Shown: positions 27,870 through 37,310 of the stretch, in pieces
How positions within the stretch are numbered: the first letter of the stretch is position 1
How the letters are laid out: every line of letters begins with the position of its first letter
NCBI GenBank assembly: GCA_046498285.1
Contig: JAWOBA010000053.1
Location: 1 to 51,620, forward strand
Length of the DNA: 51,620 bases
Direction of reading: 5' to 3'
Source of the DNA: Desulfatiglandales bacterium
GTDB lineage: Bacteria; Desulfobacterota; DSM-4660; Desulfatiglandales; B25-G16
Made by a program: the position numbers and the translations under genes
Notes under the pieces: model-generated
Database searches by the model: none
The model's input: the letters and a program-made list of their open reading frames with translations, nothing else
Told to the model about the DNA's origin: nothing

Positions 27870-28061
27870 TCATTGACCAAAACCAGATTCTTCTTTGGTT
27901 AGGCCGTGTTCCCAGATTTTTTTCTTAAGTTTGGGGATGGAGATCTTCAAGAGGTGCGCTGCCTTTCCAATATCCCAGCTGGTCAACCGCAAGATCTTTA
28001 AGAGATGTTCCTTTTCATGCTCTTTAAGAGTTTTAATCTCCATGGTAATCCATCTAATCAC
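27870..28061 (-). CDS. Stand-alone Fis-type helix-turn-helix DNA-binding protein
   Basis: 57-63 aa (GTG start at 28061 or ATG at 28043). EHLLKILRLTSWDIGKAAHLLKISIPKLKKKIWEHGL aligns with the C-terminal HTH of the neighbouring sigma-54 activator. Confidence 0.6.
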   Translation of the reverse strand: MIRWITMEIKTLKEHEKEHLLKILRLTSWDIGKAAHLLKISIPKLKKKIWEHGLTKEESGFGQ

Positions 28062-28080
28062 AATTTAAAATAATATAAAA

Positions 28081-28096
28081 GCAAACCGCATGCCAC
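28081..28096 (-). promoter_or_regulatory. Sigma-54 (-24/-12) promoter
   Basis: The minus strand reads TGGCATGCGGTTTGCT, matching TGGCAC-N5-TTGCW with correct GG/GC spacing. It is 20-38 nt upstream of the HTH gene start, next to a sigma-54-dependent activator gene. Confidence 0.65.
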
Positions 28097-28251
28097 ACGT
28101 ACACAGAGATCCTTTAAAAAAATACCTTCTTAACAAGTTGGAATTTATAGAGATAACAGAAGACGAGAGAGGAATCTACATGAGAAACATGACATAATGG
28201 TAAAATAAAAGTTTCATAGGTAGAAAAATTATTTCACCAAAATCTATATAT

Positions 28252-29610
28252 CTAGTTCTTCGCCCCATGATTAGAGACAATCCCATATTTACGAATCTTG
28301 CTACGTAAGGTAGGGAGGGAGATTCCCAGCAATTGGGCCGCCTTAGTCCGGTTCCACCCGACATGGTCCAGAGTTTTCTGGATATGTTCCTGCTCCATTA
28401 AGGGGAGCGAAAAGGCTGAAAGATTCATCACTGAAAGGGGTTGGGTCTCATGCAAAATCTTTTCAATCTCTTCCAGAAGGATTACCTTCCCCCTGCTCCT
28501 AACCACGGCTTCAACCAAGATATTTTCTAGTTCCCGAACATTTCCTTTCCAGGGATGAAGGCTGAGGGCTTTTAGTACACCGGGCTGCAACTTTGATACC
28601 TCTGTACCCAAATTCAGGTTTATCTTGCAGAGGAAGTATTCCACCAGGTGAGGAATGTCAGACAATCGTTCCCTCAGAGGAGGGACATGCATAGTGATCA
28701 CTTTAAGCCGAAAATAGAGGTCTTCCTTGAAATGACCCTGACGGACAAGCTCATTAAGGTCTCTATTTGTAGCTGCAATGATACGACACCTGGATTCCAA
28801 GATTTGATTCCCGCCCACGCGCATATATTCTTGTCGTTGCAGGAAACCCAGAAATTTACCCTGGAGGATCAAGGGAAGTTCTCCCACCTCATCCAGAAAA
28901 AGGGTGCCTGTTCCAGCATACTCAATTTTACCTCTCTTGGTGAAGGTTGCCCCAGTAAAGGCTCCTTTTTCGTGGCCAAAAAGCTCACTCTCCAACAAGG
29001 TTTGCACAACGGATGAGCAATCGAGTGTGATGAATGGCTCTCCAGCATAAGGACTGTTATTATGGATCTGCCTGGCAATCAATTCTTTCCCTGTGCCCGT
29101 TTCACCCTCAATGAGGACGGTGGCTCGGTTCTGGCAGAGGAGTCCAATCATCTTAAATATGTCTCGCATGGCATTGCTTTTTCCTATAATTACGTCCATA
29201 TTAAACGATTTTGCTTCCTTATGTGTAAGTGTGATCTCGCTATCCACTTTCAGAATCTGAAGGGAGCGATTGACCGCTTTTTCTATTTCATCTGCATCGA
29301 GGGGTTTGTGTATATAATCGTAGGCCCCCAGTTTCATGGCCTGTATAGTGGTATCCATGTCTTGGAAGGCAGTGATCATGATGATCTTGCTTGCATTATT
29401 GCCGTTTTGCATCTCTCTTAGTACATCCAGACCGTTCCAATCAGGAAGACGGATATCCAGGATGACTACATCTGGTCTGAAGCGGTAAAAAAAGGCTATT
29501 CCCTCTTGGCCTGTTGCGGCCTCATAAACATCATGGCCCTTCTCGCAAAAGAACATCGTTAGGGTTTCACGAATGGAGCATTCGTCATCTACGACAAGTA
29601 TTTTGGACAT
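28252..29610 (-). CDS. Sigma-54-dependent response regulator (NtrC family: receiver plus AAA+ plus Fis HTH)
   Basis: Likely start MSKILVVDDE at 29610 (ORF open to 29652). Receiver domain, Walker A GETGTGKE, GAFTGA motif, and a C-terminal HTH AAQLLGISLPTLRSKIRKYGI. Confidence 0.9.
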   Translation of the reverse strand: MSKILVVDDECSIRETLTMFFCEKGHDVYEAATGQEGIAFFYRFRPDVVILDIRLPDWNGLDVLREMQNGNNASKIIMITAFQDMDTTIQAMKLGAYDYIHKPLDADEIEKAVNRSLQILKVDSEITLTHKEAKSFNMDVIIGKSNAMRDIFKMIGLLCQNRATVLIEGETGTGKELIARQIHNNSPYAGEPFITLDCSSVVQTLLESELFGHEKGAFTGATFTKRGKIEYAGTGTLFLDEVGELPLILQGKFLGFLQRQEYMRVGGNQILESRCRIIAATNRDLNELVRQGHFKEDLYFRLKVITMHVPPLRERLSDIPHLVEYFLCKINLNLGTEVSKLQPGVLKALSLHPWKGNVRELENILVEAVVRSRGKVILLEEIEKILHETQPLSVMNLSAFSLPLMEQEHIQKTLDHVGWNRTKAAQLLGISLPTLRSKIRKYGIVSNHGAKN

Positions 29611-31147
29611 AATCCTCACCAACTGGAAGACATATATGAAAAAAGGTGCCATGGGTGTGGACGCTCTTTACCTTAACCCAACCTCCGTGAGCCTTAACAA
29701 TTCGGTCCACATTCGCCAGGCCCAAGCCAGTACCCTTGGTTTTGGTGGTAAAAAATGGCTTGAAGATATTGGATATCTGTTTCTCGGGAATCCCATTTCC
29801 TTTATCTTCTATAATTATTTCGCTCATAGGCTTACCCTCATCCTGATCATATCGGCTCTTTATCAGTATTTGTCCTTCCTGGTTGCATGCCTCTATAGCA
29901 TTGAGTAGCAGGTTAATAAAGACCTGCTCAAGTTTCCCCTCGTCTGCAAATACCATTGGCATATGGGAATCAAGGGAAAAGACAGTGGATAGCCGCTTGT
30001 CTTTAAATCTCATCTCCAATAATTCCACACATGATGAGAGAATTTTGTTAATATTACATGGGCTGAATTTCAGGCTCACAGGTTTTGCAAAGTCCAGAAG
30101 CTCTTTTAAGATTCTTTCGAGGCGAATCATTTCCTTTACGGATATCTCAACGCGACGCTGGTCATTGCCATGGAGCTGGGGATTTTTTTTCAGGATCTGG
30201 AGGTTCATCTTGACTGCGGAGAGAGGATTGCGGATCTCATGAGACAGTGAGGTTGTGATCTGGCCGATATATGCCATCCTTTCTGTTTCCCTTACTCTCT
30301 GCTCCATCTTCACCCTCTCGGTAATGTCCCTGCAGATACCTATATTTGATAGGCGGTTTTCGTATCTAGTGACCTTGGCCATGATCTCTGTAGGAAATCC
30401 ATTGCCATCCTTATTGAGGCGCATATATTCAAATATAGCCGGTGTGGGTTTCATATTGAGACTGTTGGTGTAGATCTCGGCAACCCTTGTTCGGCTCTCA
30501 GGTGCCACAAATAGGGAAAATTCCTTGCCAAGCACCTCTTCAAGTTTGTATCCGTGTATCTGGCAAAATGCCTTGTTGGCAAAGACAATGATTCTGTCCT
30601 GGATAACAAAATAGCCATCATTGATTTCCTCAACAAGTGTCTTGTATTTTAACTGCGATTCGTTTAGCTCTACTGTCCGGCTCCTGACCTCCTCCTCGAG
30701 CCTCTGGGCATAATCCATAACCTTTTTTTCGTGCATATTCTGGAAATGATCACTGAATCGGTGAATCGTATAAGCCAGGCAATTATTGATCTTGATGATG
30801 TTCTCTTGAAAATCTTCAATGTCAGCCTCTCTTGCCAGAAGAGGAATCACAATACTCCGATAGAGCTCAAAGGCCTTCTGGACATCTGAAAGGAGAAATC
30901 CTGCTTCCAGACGTATTCGGGTGATCTTGTCTATAAATCTATTTATGTAGCTGAAATCATTATGGACAATGACATAGCTGTTGGCATCAAATGCCTCTGT
31001 TACTGTACCTACTAACTCTTCTAATGGTCTTTTAGAATATTGTTCGCCCACCTCTGTGTGGAGTTGAATTGACCATTTCTCGACTATTTGAGATCGATTG
31101 TGATTAATAAAGCCTAATAGATCAAAGCTCACTTTTTCTCCACCCAA
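29585..31147 (-). CDS. PAS-domain sensor histidine kinase
   Basis: 520 aa. PAS region (FVIQDRIIVFANKAFCQIHGYKLEEVLGK), H-box SHEIRNPL, N-box LLLNAIEA, G-boxes DKGNGI and GTGLGL. Its 3' end overlaps the regulator start. Confidence 0.88.
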   Translation of the reverse strand: MGGEKVSFDLLGFINHNRSQIVEKWSIQLHTEVGEQYSKRPLEELVGTVTEAFDANSYVIVHNDFSYINRFIDKITRIRLEAGFLLSDVQKAFELYRSIVIPLLAREADIEDFQENIIKINNCLAYTIHRFSDHFQNMHEKKVMDYAQRLEEEVRSRTVELNESQLKYKTLVEEINDGYFVIQDRIIVFANKAFCQIHGYKLEEVLGKEFSLFVAPESRTRVAEIYTNSLNMKPTPAIFEYMRLNKDGNGFPTEIMAKVTRYENRLSNIGICRDITERVKMEQRVRETERMAYIGQITTSLSHEIRNPLSAVKMNLQILKKNPQLHGNDQRRVEISVKEMIRLERILKELLDFAKPVSLKFSPCNINKILSSCVELLEMRFKDKRLSTVFSLDSHMPMVFADEGKLEQVFINLLLNAIEACNQEGQILIKSRYDQDEGKPMSEIIIEDKGNGIPEKQISNIFKPFFTTKTKGTGLGLANVDRIVKAHGGWVKVKSVHTHGTFFHICLPVGEDYVQNTCRR

Positions 31148-31865
31148 GAAATATGTAATGGCTTCTAGGCATTAGAGGTTTAGCGAGGAGTGCTGTCTCG
31201 CATCCTCTTACTATTTTATTGTATGATGATAAATAATTCTTAAAGGTATTTATACTTGTTAGAAAGACAGATACCTGTACTCTTTTTCAAGGATTAATCA
31301 CAAACACGATGATGATAGACATTTCTATGGAAATCATTTGATTATCATTTCTTATGAATGATTCAAAAAGTGGGGAGTCATTCGTCTTCGAGTCTCATCA
31401 ATAGAGTATCCGTATGAGCCTTGTGCATCTATATCCTATGCTAGCTGGAGTCATCCAAAAAGGGTCCGGTACAGGATCCTGAACATATGTAAGAGCATAA
31501 CTGTATGAGAACTGTTTCAGCGCAAGCCATTTTACCCCCCCTCTCTCTTTAAACAAATTGATAATGATATACACTTTGTTAGTAGATTACGCCCTGGGAT
31601 TTTCCATAAGCAAACATAATCATTTTCCAAGGGATTGACTCTTCTTTGATTCCAATTTGTAGTGTTCTCAGGGTGGAACGTGTGGGGATAATTGAATTTT
31701 TTTAAGATATGAATAATATCTCTATGCTCAATAGGATAGTAAGGTATAAATTTATCGTCTAGGCTGGTAGTTAAGACCATAGAAGCAGATTTCCCTAACC
31801 TAATATAGTTTCAATTGCTGCCTTTCACTCCGTAATTATTGCCTCATTAAAATGTTTATGTGTAT

Positions 31866-31902
31866 AAAAGCCACACGCATTTTTACATTGAATGTGGCTT
31901 TT
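31866..31902 (-). terminator. Putative bidirectional stem-loop terminator downstream of the CsgG-like gene
   Basis: AAAGCCACA (31866-31874) pairs with TGTGGCTTT (31892-31900), with T/A runs on both sides. The loop is long at 17 nt. Confidence 0.35.
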
Positions 31903-31975
31903 TGTTGTACCTCTTTATTGCCTCCCCAAAAAGAATTATCCTTTTGTTGTAATCAGAGATGTAAAATGCTTTATG

Positions 31976-32809
31976 TTAATATTTATAATACTCCTTAGGT
32001 GTCTCATTTACGAGAAATTTTACTGACTCATATATACATGTTCTAATCGCCTTTTCCATGGGAGTCTTCGCAAATCCAGACAAACCACCTCCCATTCCAA
32101 CACCACCCATAAAACCCCCGACTAGGGCACCAAAATTAACATCTTTGGCTACACCTTCCAAATTGGTGGCTGCCAATATCTCGCTCGTTGAAGAATCAAT
32201 GAGTCTTATATCCATAGCCATGGAAGACTTTTTCATTGCCCCGGTAAGAGCTCCACCTATAGCAAAAGCCTTTCCTAATGTACCTCCGATGAGACCACTT
32301 CCTCCGCCAGCAGAGGCACCAGAAGTACCCGGCTCCCATCCAGTAATCGCTGCTACAACAAGGATATCAGCACCCTTAACAACACCTGACTTAGCTGCTG
32401 TCTCTTTGCTGACCACCCCAGTCTGCCTCAGCTTTTGTTCCTGCATGACCTCACCTAATTCCTGTCTCTCAACCACTCTGAATCTTTTAGACTGGAATAA
32501 GGCAGTTGTGAGCATATCTTGAAGTCCACTCATATATCCATCTTGCTCTCGGCTGATGGTAATCCCCTGAGTGCCTGGCACACCTTTTATGGTGACTTGG
32601 CTCCCCCTGTTCCCCACTTTCCACTCAAACCTTGAAACAGCCAATCGTGCCCTGGGGCCACTGTATGGGCCGAGCTCATCTGCAAGGGTTGTGTCAACCT
32701 TCACTTCAGCTCCGGTTTTACTTTCCATCATATCAGTAACTCCAGCGCAACTAATCAATAAAAAACTGCTCAACAGGTAAACAATTAAAACAAGAACACT
32801 GCTTTTCAT
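31976..32809 (-). CDS. CsgG-family (curli production/transport component-like) lipoprotein
   Basis: 277 aa. Lipobox LLISCAG and a CsgG-like core (LAVSRFEWKV...GLQDMLTTALFQSKRFRVVERQELGEVMQEQKL...GADILVVAAITGWE). Gly-rich segments. Confidence 0.72.
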   Translation of the reverse strand: MKSSVLVLIVYLLSSFLLISCAGVTDMMESKTGAEVKVDTTLADELGPYSGPRARLAVSRFEWKVGNRGSQVTIKGVPGTQGITISREQDGYMSGLQDMLTTALFQSKRFRVVERQELGEVMQEQKLRQTGVVSKETAAKSGVVKGADILVVAAITGWEPGTSGASAGGGSGLIGGTLGKAFAIGGALTGAMKKSSMAMDIRLIDSSTSEILAATNLEGVAKDVNFGALVGGFMGGVGMGGGLSGFAKTPMEKAIRTCIYESVKFLVNETPKEYYKY

Positions 32810-32924
32810 ATAAGGCTCCTCCTTTATCTTTTAGTTAAGAATTTTAAATTAATTTTAGCAATTTATATTAGATATCAATATAGAGTCAATAAAAAAGTGT
32901 ATTGCTATGTTTCCGCTAGATCCT

Positions 32925-33480
32925 GCAGAAGTACTTATACATTCTTGCCTAATAGCTTGTGATTGTAACACCTCTCAAAAATAGCAAAATAGCCATATCT
33001 TGTCTTTTCACGCGTTTCCCGATCCTTTTCTCTATAGCTGTTTAATCTTGAGTTTCCAGTAACCATCCTCAATCATCTTTATAACTATCAAATCCTGGTG
33101 ATATTCCTTATTATATCTGATCGTTGTTCTTTCAACTCCTGCTTTACTGTCTTTAGATAGGTCTCCCTATTGTGTAAACATACGTTAAAAATAGACACAT
33201 AAACCTTTTTTCGAAATATATTTCCCGTCCCATTATCAAAGTGGAGATCTATATCCAGAACAAAGACCTTATGGATAGCCTTTTCTCTATGAAGTATTTT
33301 CAGGGTAATGGCCATATTATTGAAATAACAAAATCCCTATCCCCTTTCTCCTGAGGCATGATGGTCTGATCAGAGCAGAACACGGGTTTTTCAATCTATA
33401 AAGGCTGCCTAAATTGCTCCTCCGGCTGCCACAGATGAAATATTATAGAGACCTGTCCTCTTAACATAATCTATATGGGG
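32925..33480 (-). pseudogene. Decayed histone deacetylase/acetoin-utilisation (HDAC/AcuC) family gene remnant
   Basis: Minus-strand fragments lie in different frames: ALIRP / HHASGERG-TAG-GFCYFNNMAI...VFVLDIDLHFDNGTGNIF / ISPGFDSYKDD-TGA-GWLLETQD / FAIFERCYN. They correspond in order to the conserved HDAC motifs RPPGHHA, GFCxFNN, DxDxHHGNGTQ, SAGFD and EGGY. Confidence 0.6.
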
Positions 33481-33626
33481 TAAGAGAAAATAAGTGAAAG
33501 TGCTGAGGAATGAACGGGCAAGATTACTATTCCAAGAGCTATCCAAAAAAAATAGCAATTTTCGCCTCATTATGAAAAATTCTCATTGGTTAGTAATGAC
33601 TGTGTATGGGTTATATGGGCCCGACG

Positions 33627-34721
33627 CTATGCTGTTTTTAGTAATGAACCTTCCTGTTTTTTCCGAAGATAAATGGGGTTTGAAAAGATCCAGGGCCTCC
33701 ATCCAAATATAGGCGTTTTTCGTAAGACCTCAACCCTGTATGCACCTTCTTCATGTATGTTGGTAGAGAGAGACCTACCGTATCCTGTTTGAAAAAGGGA
33801 TCCGTCCTTAATAATTTTTATGAATCCATATCCAGGGAGTTTAACCACTAAGATACCAGGGAAGAATTGAGCCTCCTGACCTATCTCTAACCTTTTTTTA
33901 TTTCCTTCTCTATAAAAGAAAAAACTAAAACCCTTCGCATTACACAGGTCATCATGCGCTATAAAGCAATTGCCTTCTTTAAGGGAGCTATAGATGATTT
34001 CTTTATCTTTTGTTGCATCTCCGCTCAGTGGCGAAGGTGTTAAAATATGTGTATTTATCGTATTCAAGAGATACTTATATGAGAGAGGCTTAAGATTAAT
34101 GAATCCTATTTTTATAAAAGATGCATGTGCATCTGAGCCTCCTATAGCTACGACTCGTCTTTTAGAACATAGCTTGTCCCATGTAGCCAAGGTCTTTTTA
34201 CTCGGACCTTTTAAGGTATACTTCTTGAAAATAAGATGAAATATACCATGCCAAGGAGATTTGATATTCTCTTTCCACCTTGATGAGAAGTTCCAGATAC
34301 AGATACCTGTATATCCCTTCACTGACCAATCTCGCCAAGTATAGGTCACGTTATGCTGTAGAAAATGCATTCCTTTTTCAAAAGGATGGGCCAAAAATCC
34401 AAACCCTCCCTGACTATTTACGGCGTTGATTACCTCCTGAGGGGAGTATCTCTCATCATTCACTTGATGTGTGATATCAAATGCAAGATAGTGATGGGAA
34501 CTTGTGCCAATCTCAGATCCAACTAAAACAAGAAGGCCCTTATGATACCTCTGATCTTCAAGATAAAGCTGGGTGAGATATGAATGATCATTCAGGATTA
34601 TAAAATCAAGGCCTATACGTCTTGCTACATTGCCGATTTCTTTGACATTTCCACTTCCATCAGAGTGGATTGTGTGGATGTGGAGATTACCTACATATTC
34701 AAAAGGAAATCCTGGTACCAT
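33627..34721 (-). CDS. PHP-domain metallohydrolase (CehA/McbA-like)
   Basis: 364 aa. N-terminal PHP motif GNLHIHTIHSDGSG, plus further His/Asp motifs (ILNDHS, GGSDAHA). Confidence 0.72.
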   Translation of the reverse strand: MVPGFPFEYVGNLHIHTIHSDGSGNVKEIGNVARRIGLDFIILNDHSYLTQLYLEDQRYHKGLLVLVGSEIGTSSHHYLAFDITHQVNDERYSPQEVINAVNSQGGFGFLAHPFEKGMHFLQHNVTYTWRDWSVKGYTGICIWNFSSRWKENIKSPWHGIFHLIFKKYTLKGPSKKTLATWDKLCSKRRVVAIGGSDAHASFIKIGFINLKPLSYKYLLNTINTHILTPSPLSGDATKDKEIIYSSLKEGNCFIAHDDLCNAKGFSFFFYREGNKKRLEIGQEAQFFPGILVVKLPGYGFIKIIKDGSLFQTGYGRSLSTNIHEEGAYRVEVLRKTPIFGWRPWIFSNPIYLRKKQEGSLLKTA

Positions 34722-36419
34722 TTAACCCTCATATCTATGCAGTGCCTTTAGCCCAGCTGCCATTGGTTTCTTGACTGCAAGAAAATTAATAAAAATGACA
34801 CCAATGAAGGAACAAACTACCCATATCCATTGAAGGCACGTAATTGAGATTCCCTTAAAATATGCTGAAAGTATGGTGTAAACGGGTCCGGCCTCCAGGA
34901 TAATGACCAGAGCTATAAAGACTGAGCTGCTTATCATGTAGATTAATGCTCCAAAGCCGGTTGCCACCTGGGCAATATTTTCATGGTTGAAATTTGGGTA
35001 AACAGCACCTAGGCCAATCCCCAAGGCAACAATTCCAAAGACCAAGAAGAATATAGTTATTGAGGATAAAACCATCATAAAGGTAGTTACCTTTAACAGG
35101 TAATTAGTGTAAATTATTAATACCTCAGATAAAATAAGCATAGGAAAGAAATAGGTAAAATATTTAGACCACAGGAAACACCGTGATGAAACAGGGGAAG
35201 CAAGGACCATCCAGAAGGCCTTCCCCTCTGAGCTTACTGCCGGAAAGACGAAACGGGCAGAGATAGCGGCAATAACAAATCCTGCTAACCCTATATTCAG
35301 AAAGGCTAACGCATTCTGAAGATATATGGATTTTATTGGGCTCCGCTCTAAAGGGAGAACACTGAAATTATAAATATACACAACCACAAGGGCGCCCAAG
35401 AGAAGGAGCTGTGACCACTGGCTATTATCCCGAAAAAATGAGCGCACCTCCTTGGCAATCAAAGAGGCACTCTCTGGCCCAAAGGGCTTAGTTACTGCTG
35501 ATACTATTTTGTCCAGCATTTGCTTGCCAGCATGACTTCTCTTTTTTGCCTCTTGTGCCTTTGAAAACCCAGTGAAATATATATGCCCAGCAATCCAGAT
35601 ATCTATTACTATCATTGCAAGGGCAGTACTCCAGAGAAGAATAGCATTAAATACATGACTTCCGGAGTAGTGGGTCAATTTTGCCCACAGGATATCTGCT
35701 GCCCAATGGCTTGGCAAATAAGGAGAATCAGGGGCCTTTAAGGCGCTTAAATACTGGGCTATAGTCATAAATGCGTCTGGATTGACCAGCCTTTCCGGCC
35801 TAAGAAATCGGAATAGCAAATAGAGAGCAATAATGAAGATAATAGATATAATCATGATAATATCACTGGCCTTTTGAGCGGGAAAAAACCTCACTAAAAC
35901 CATAATAGTCATGATGCCCAAGCATGCAGCAATAATAATTAAAGGAAAAGATACATAGATAAGACTCATATAATAATCAAGGTCAGCATGGTAAACAAAA
36001 CCATAGGCCATCATTAAGGGAAGGCCAAACACAACCACCATCCAGGAACTATCAAATACCGTATAAAAGGATCTGCTCAGAAATATCTCTGTAAGCGTTG
36101 CTGGCGAGGAGTGATATATTTCTAAATCCTCAGATAGGTAGAGATTGGAAAGGGCGGTGATCACATGGCTAAAGATTAAGATAGAAAAAAAGATTAAAAA
36201 AACTGTACTAAGAAGATGCCTTGCAAGAATATCACCGATCATCTCCTGGGAAGAAAAGTAAACAAGGACTTTATAGGTAAGGAAAAACAAAACGAACCAG
36301 AATAGGCTACCCGCAACAGTGACGGTTAAAATCTTTATCTTTCTATTGCTTTGCGACCTTGTAAGCCTATTTTTAAAACTGATTAGCCTGGGGGAAATGA
36401 GAAGTTTAAATATTCTCAC
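34722..36419 (-). CDS. Large polytopic membrane protein, putative ABC exporter permease component
   Basis: 565 aa with about 12 or more hydrophobic segments. Its start overlaps the ABC ATPase gene by 14 nt. Confidence 0.65.
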   Translation of the reverse strand: MRIFKLLISPRLISFKNRLTRSQSNRKIKILTVTVAGSLFWFVLFFLTYKVLVYFSSQEMIGDILARHLLSTVFLIFFSILIFSHVITALSNLYLSEDLEIYHSSPATLTEIFLSRSFYTVFDSSWMVVVFGLPLMMAYGFVYHADLDYYMSLIYVSFPLIIIAACLGIMTIMVLVRFFPAQKASDIIMIISIIFIIALYLLFRFLRPERLVNPDAFMTIAQYLSALKAPDSPYLPSHWAADILWAKLTHYSGSHVFNAILLWSTALAMIVIDIWIAGHIYFTGFSKAQEAKKRSHAGKQMLDKIVSAVTKPFGPESASLIAKEVRSFFRDNSQWSQLLLLGALVVVYIYNFSVLPLERSPIKSIYLQNALAFLNIGLAGFVIAAISARFVFPAVSSEGKAFWMVLASPVSSRCFLWSKYFTYFFPMLILSEVLIIYTNYLLKVTTFMMVLSSITIFFLVFGIVALGIGLGAVYPNFNHENIAQVATGFGALIYMISSSVFIALVIILEAGPVYTILSAYFKGISITCLQWIWVVCSFIGVIFINFLAVKKPMAAGLKALHRYEG

Positions 36420-37146
36420 CTGGGTGCTGCCCTCCTGTTATTTTAAGAAATATGCTCTCTAAATTTCCTTCTATACCCGCCTGTTTTTTTAGATCTTCAG
36501 ATGTTCCTGAAGCCACAATTTTACCTTTATTTATAATAGCTATCTGTTGGCAAACCTCTTGAGCCAAAGCAAGGGTGTGAGTGGACATAAAAATTGTTGC
36601 TCCATCATTCGCCCAGGCCTTAAATACCTCCTTAACTAATGCAGATCCTTTTGGATCAAGACCTACCATCGGCTCATCAACAATAATAACCTTAGGTTCA
36701 TGTATCAAAGCTGAGGCTATAATGAGCCTTTGTTTCATACCGTGTGAGTATGATTCAATAAGTTCATCAGCCCAGGCACTTAATTCGAATTGGCTCAGCA
36801 AATCTGCAATTCTCTCATTCAACCTATTCTCGGTCATTCTATAGAGTCCTGCCGTAAATCGAAGGAACTCGATACCGCTAAGTTTTTCATACAGAAAAGG
36901 CCTGTCAGGTATGAAACCAGTAATCCTTTTAACCTCTGATGGTTCCTTGGCTATCTCTAATCCATTGATATAGATTTTACCCCTGGTAGGCTGTAAAACA
37001 CCCGCCATCATCTTGATAGTAGTTGTCTTTCCTGCTCCATTGGGCCCTATGAAACCAAAGATGGATCCTTGAGGGATGGTTAGATTTAAATCATCAACAG
37101 CTGTTATTCCAGGGTAAGTCTTTGTAAGGTTTTCAAATGTGATCAT
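36406..37146 (-). CDS. ABC transporter ATP-binding protein (ABC-2/CcmA-like)
   Basis: 246 aa. Walker A GPNGAGKTT, signature YSHGMKQRL, Walker B IIVDEP. Confidence 0.88.
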   Translation of the reverse strand: MITFENLTKTYPGITAVDDLNLTIPQGSIFGFIGPNGAGKTTTIKMMAGVLQPTRGKIYINGLEIAKEPSEVKRITGFIPDRPFLYEKLSGIEFLRFTAGLYRMTENRLNERIADLLSQFELSAWADELIESYSHGMKQRLIIASALIHEPKVIIVDEPMVGLDPKGSALVKEVFKAWANDGATIFMSTHTLALAQEVCQQIAIINKGKIVASGTSEDLKKQAGIEGNLESIFLKITGGQHPGENI

Positions 37147-37310
37147 CTTGAAAAGTGTCTAATGGTTGACCCGTTACAATTCAGGCCAGTAAAAATGTCT
37201 CAAATGTCAAAAGTAGATTATTTGGGGTTTCTTTTCGACTTGTACCAAATCCCTTTAATGGCCTATCCAGAGGATTGGTTTGTTGACTTTTAGATAATTT
37301 TAGCTCACTT

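Noticed and set aside
31532-31780. An 82-aa ORF in the 830-bp gap between the histidine kinase and CsgG-like genes. The ORFs at 3715-3951, 20475-20669, 20761-20976 and 44236-44442 were considered in the same way.
   Set aside because: They have no motifs and odd composition, and 3715-3951 overlaps repeat B2. I treat them as chance ORFs in AT-rich non-coding DNA.
33320-33345. The in-frame TAG between HHASGERG and GFCYFNN, considered as programmed read-through or pyrrolysine.
   Set aside because: The same gene remnant also has at least three frameshifts, an in-frame TGA and a mutated catalytic motif, so simple decay is the economical explanation.
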